Shown here piece by piece: positions 62,820-64,000 of a stretch of 64,000 bases of DNA. The notes beneath the pieces were generated by a model, which was not told the DNA's origin, did not search any database, and saw nothing but the letters and a program-made list of their open reading frames with translations. The translations under genes and the position numbers were made by a program. The stretch is taken from NCBI GenBank assembly GCA_013239625.1, contig MU054526.1:2656345-2720344 (forward strand). The letters are read 5' to 3'. The stretch is from Lama guanicoe. Taxonomy: Eukaryota. Position 1 is the stretch's first letter. The number at the start of each line of letters is the position of its first letter.

Positions 62820-64000
62820 CTTTACATGGTGGAAATAATTCAAAAGACTTCTCGGTTATCAATGTGCGAATTAAAAGCAAAACTAAAGTGAGATGACGTG
62901 TCCAATGAATGATGACATAACATCACACATCCCACCTGTCAGTCAAGGAAGCTAAGAACCAGGAATGAACACGTTAGGAAAGCCTTTGTAAGATCAGTGA
63001 CCTAACGTATCATGACACAAATTTAGGGAAAGAACAGCAAATTATTCCAAATGAAGGTAGAAGGAGCGGATTCATAACGACAAGAGTAGCTAATAACGAA
63101 GACAGACAGAAAGTAGAGAGAAATCAGTTAAAGCAAAATAATTCATTCTTGGAAACTTTAATGACGTTTATAAACCCTAAGCACAATGGCCAAGGGAAAG
63201 GCCAGATGGCGCTCGTTCACCGTGTCAGGGAAGATGCAGCACCACCACCCGGAGACTTGTGAAGACAGTAACAGAACATAGAAACCATGTGATGCCCAGT
63301 GTGCAGAACATGTAGATGAAATGGGCATCTTTAAATGTACAATGTACTAAATGGACGTAAGAATAAATGGAAAATCTGTCATCATTATACGTCCAGTAAA
63401 TACATTGACTCTAGCCAATAATTGCCCCACAACTGAGCTACATAGAATCTTAAGAAGTCAAACTGAGAGAGAGGTTAGAAAGGTGGTTACTGGGGTTGCA
63501 GCAAGCGGGAAGGGGAGGTGTTGGTCAGGGCGTGCAAAGTTCCAGTTACGAAACAAGTAAGTTCAGGGACTTAATGTACAGCCTGGTGATTAGAGCTGAC
63601 AGCACTGTATCCTATTCTTGAGCGTCGTGAAGAGAGTGGACGTTAAATGTTCTCACCACAAAAAAGAAATGGCAACTATGTGACGGGATGGAGGTGTTAA
63701 GTGATGCTACGCTGTTGATCATTCTGCAGCGTGTAAGCGTTCAGGACGCTTCATCTGTGGTTGCTTCCAAACACCTGTGCACCTACGAAACACCCCACCG
63801 CCTGCGCGTGCGCACACGTGCGCGCGTGCGCACACACACACACACACACACACACTCCAAAACTGCACAAATCTCTCCTGAGAATAGAGAAAGAAGAAAT
63901 ACATGGCAACACATTTTATCAGGCCAGGAACATATTCACACCAAAACCTGGTAAGGGATTGAGAAAACAGGAAAGTCACGGGGAGATTTCTCATGTGAGC
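62820..64000 (+). mobile_element. Old LINE-1 fragments with (CG)n(CA)n microsatellite at about 63805-63855
   Basis: A-rich strand; gagagtggacgttaaatgttctcaccacaaaaaa (L1MA/MB 3' motif). Confidence 0.6.

Overview
Mammalian genomic DNA, most likely camelid (several Vic-1-like tRNA-derived SINEs), syntenic with the human 19q13.42 leukocyte receptor complex (LRC). Gene order: 3' end of TTYH1 (+); LENG8 (+, 14 readable coding exons, last coding exon inferred inside an N-gap); intronless LENG9 (-; CCCH zinc finger + MJ1316/DUF504 + 2H phosphoesterase); CDC42EP5 (-; N-terminus in a gap, apparent frameshift). A repeat-rich spacer follows, then a block of damaged Ig-superfamily receptor genes. These are a LAIR-like gene with a 5-nt frameshifting insertion followed by an activating-type TM exon remnant, an orphan LILRA-type TM exon, and a two-Ig LILRB-like gene with intact ectodomain and TM but a disabled tail. 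Most unusual: an unassigned CpG island at about 53.5-55.3 kb whose 189-bp promoter/first-exon/splice-donor cassette is duplicated in inverted orientation, so the second copy points at the LILR gene. Also notable are composite 3'ss/5'ss sites in the LENG8 terminal intron and 3' UTR, a coding minisatellite in LENG9, and an octamer/GC-box repeat array in the LENG9 promoter. Gene names, repeat family names and comparisons with human orthologues come from recalled sequences, not database searches; repeat boundaries are approximate.
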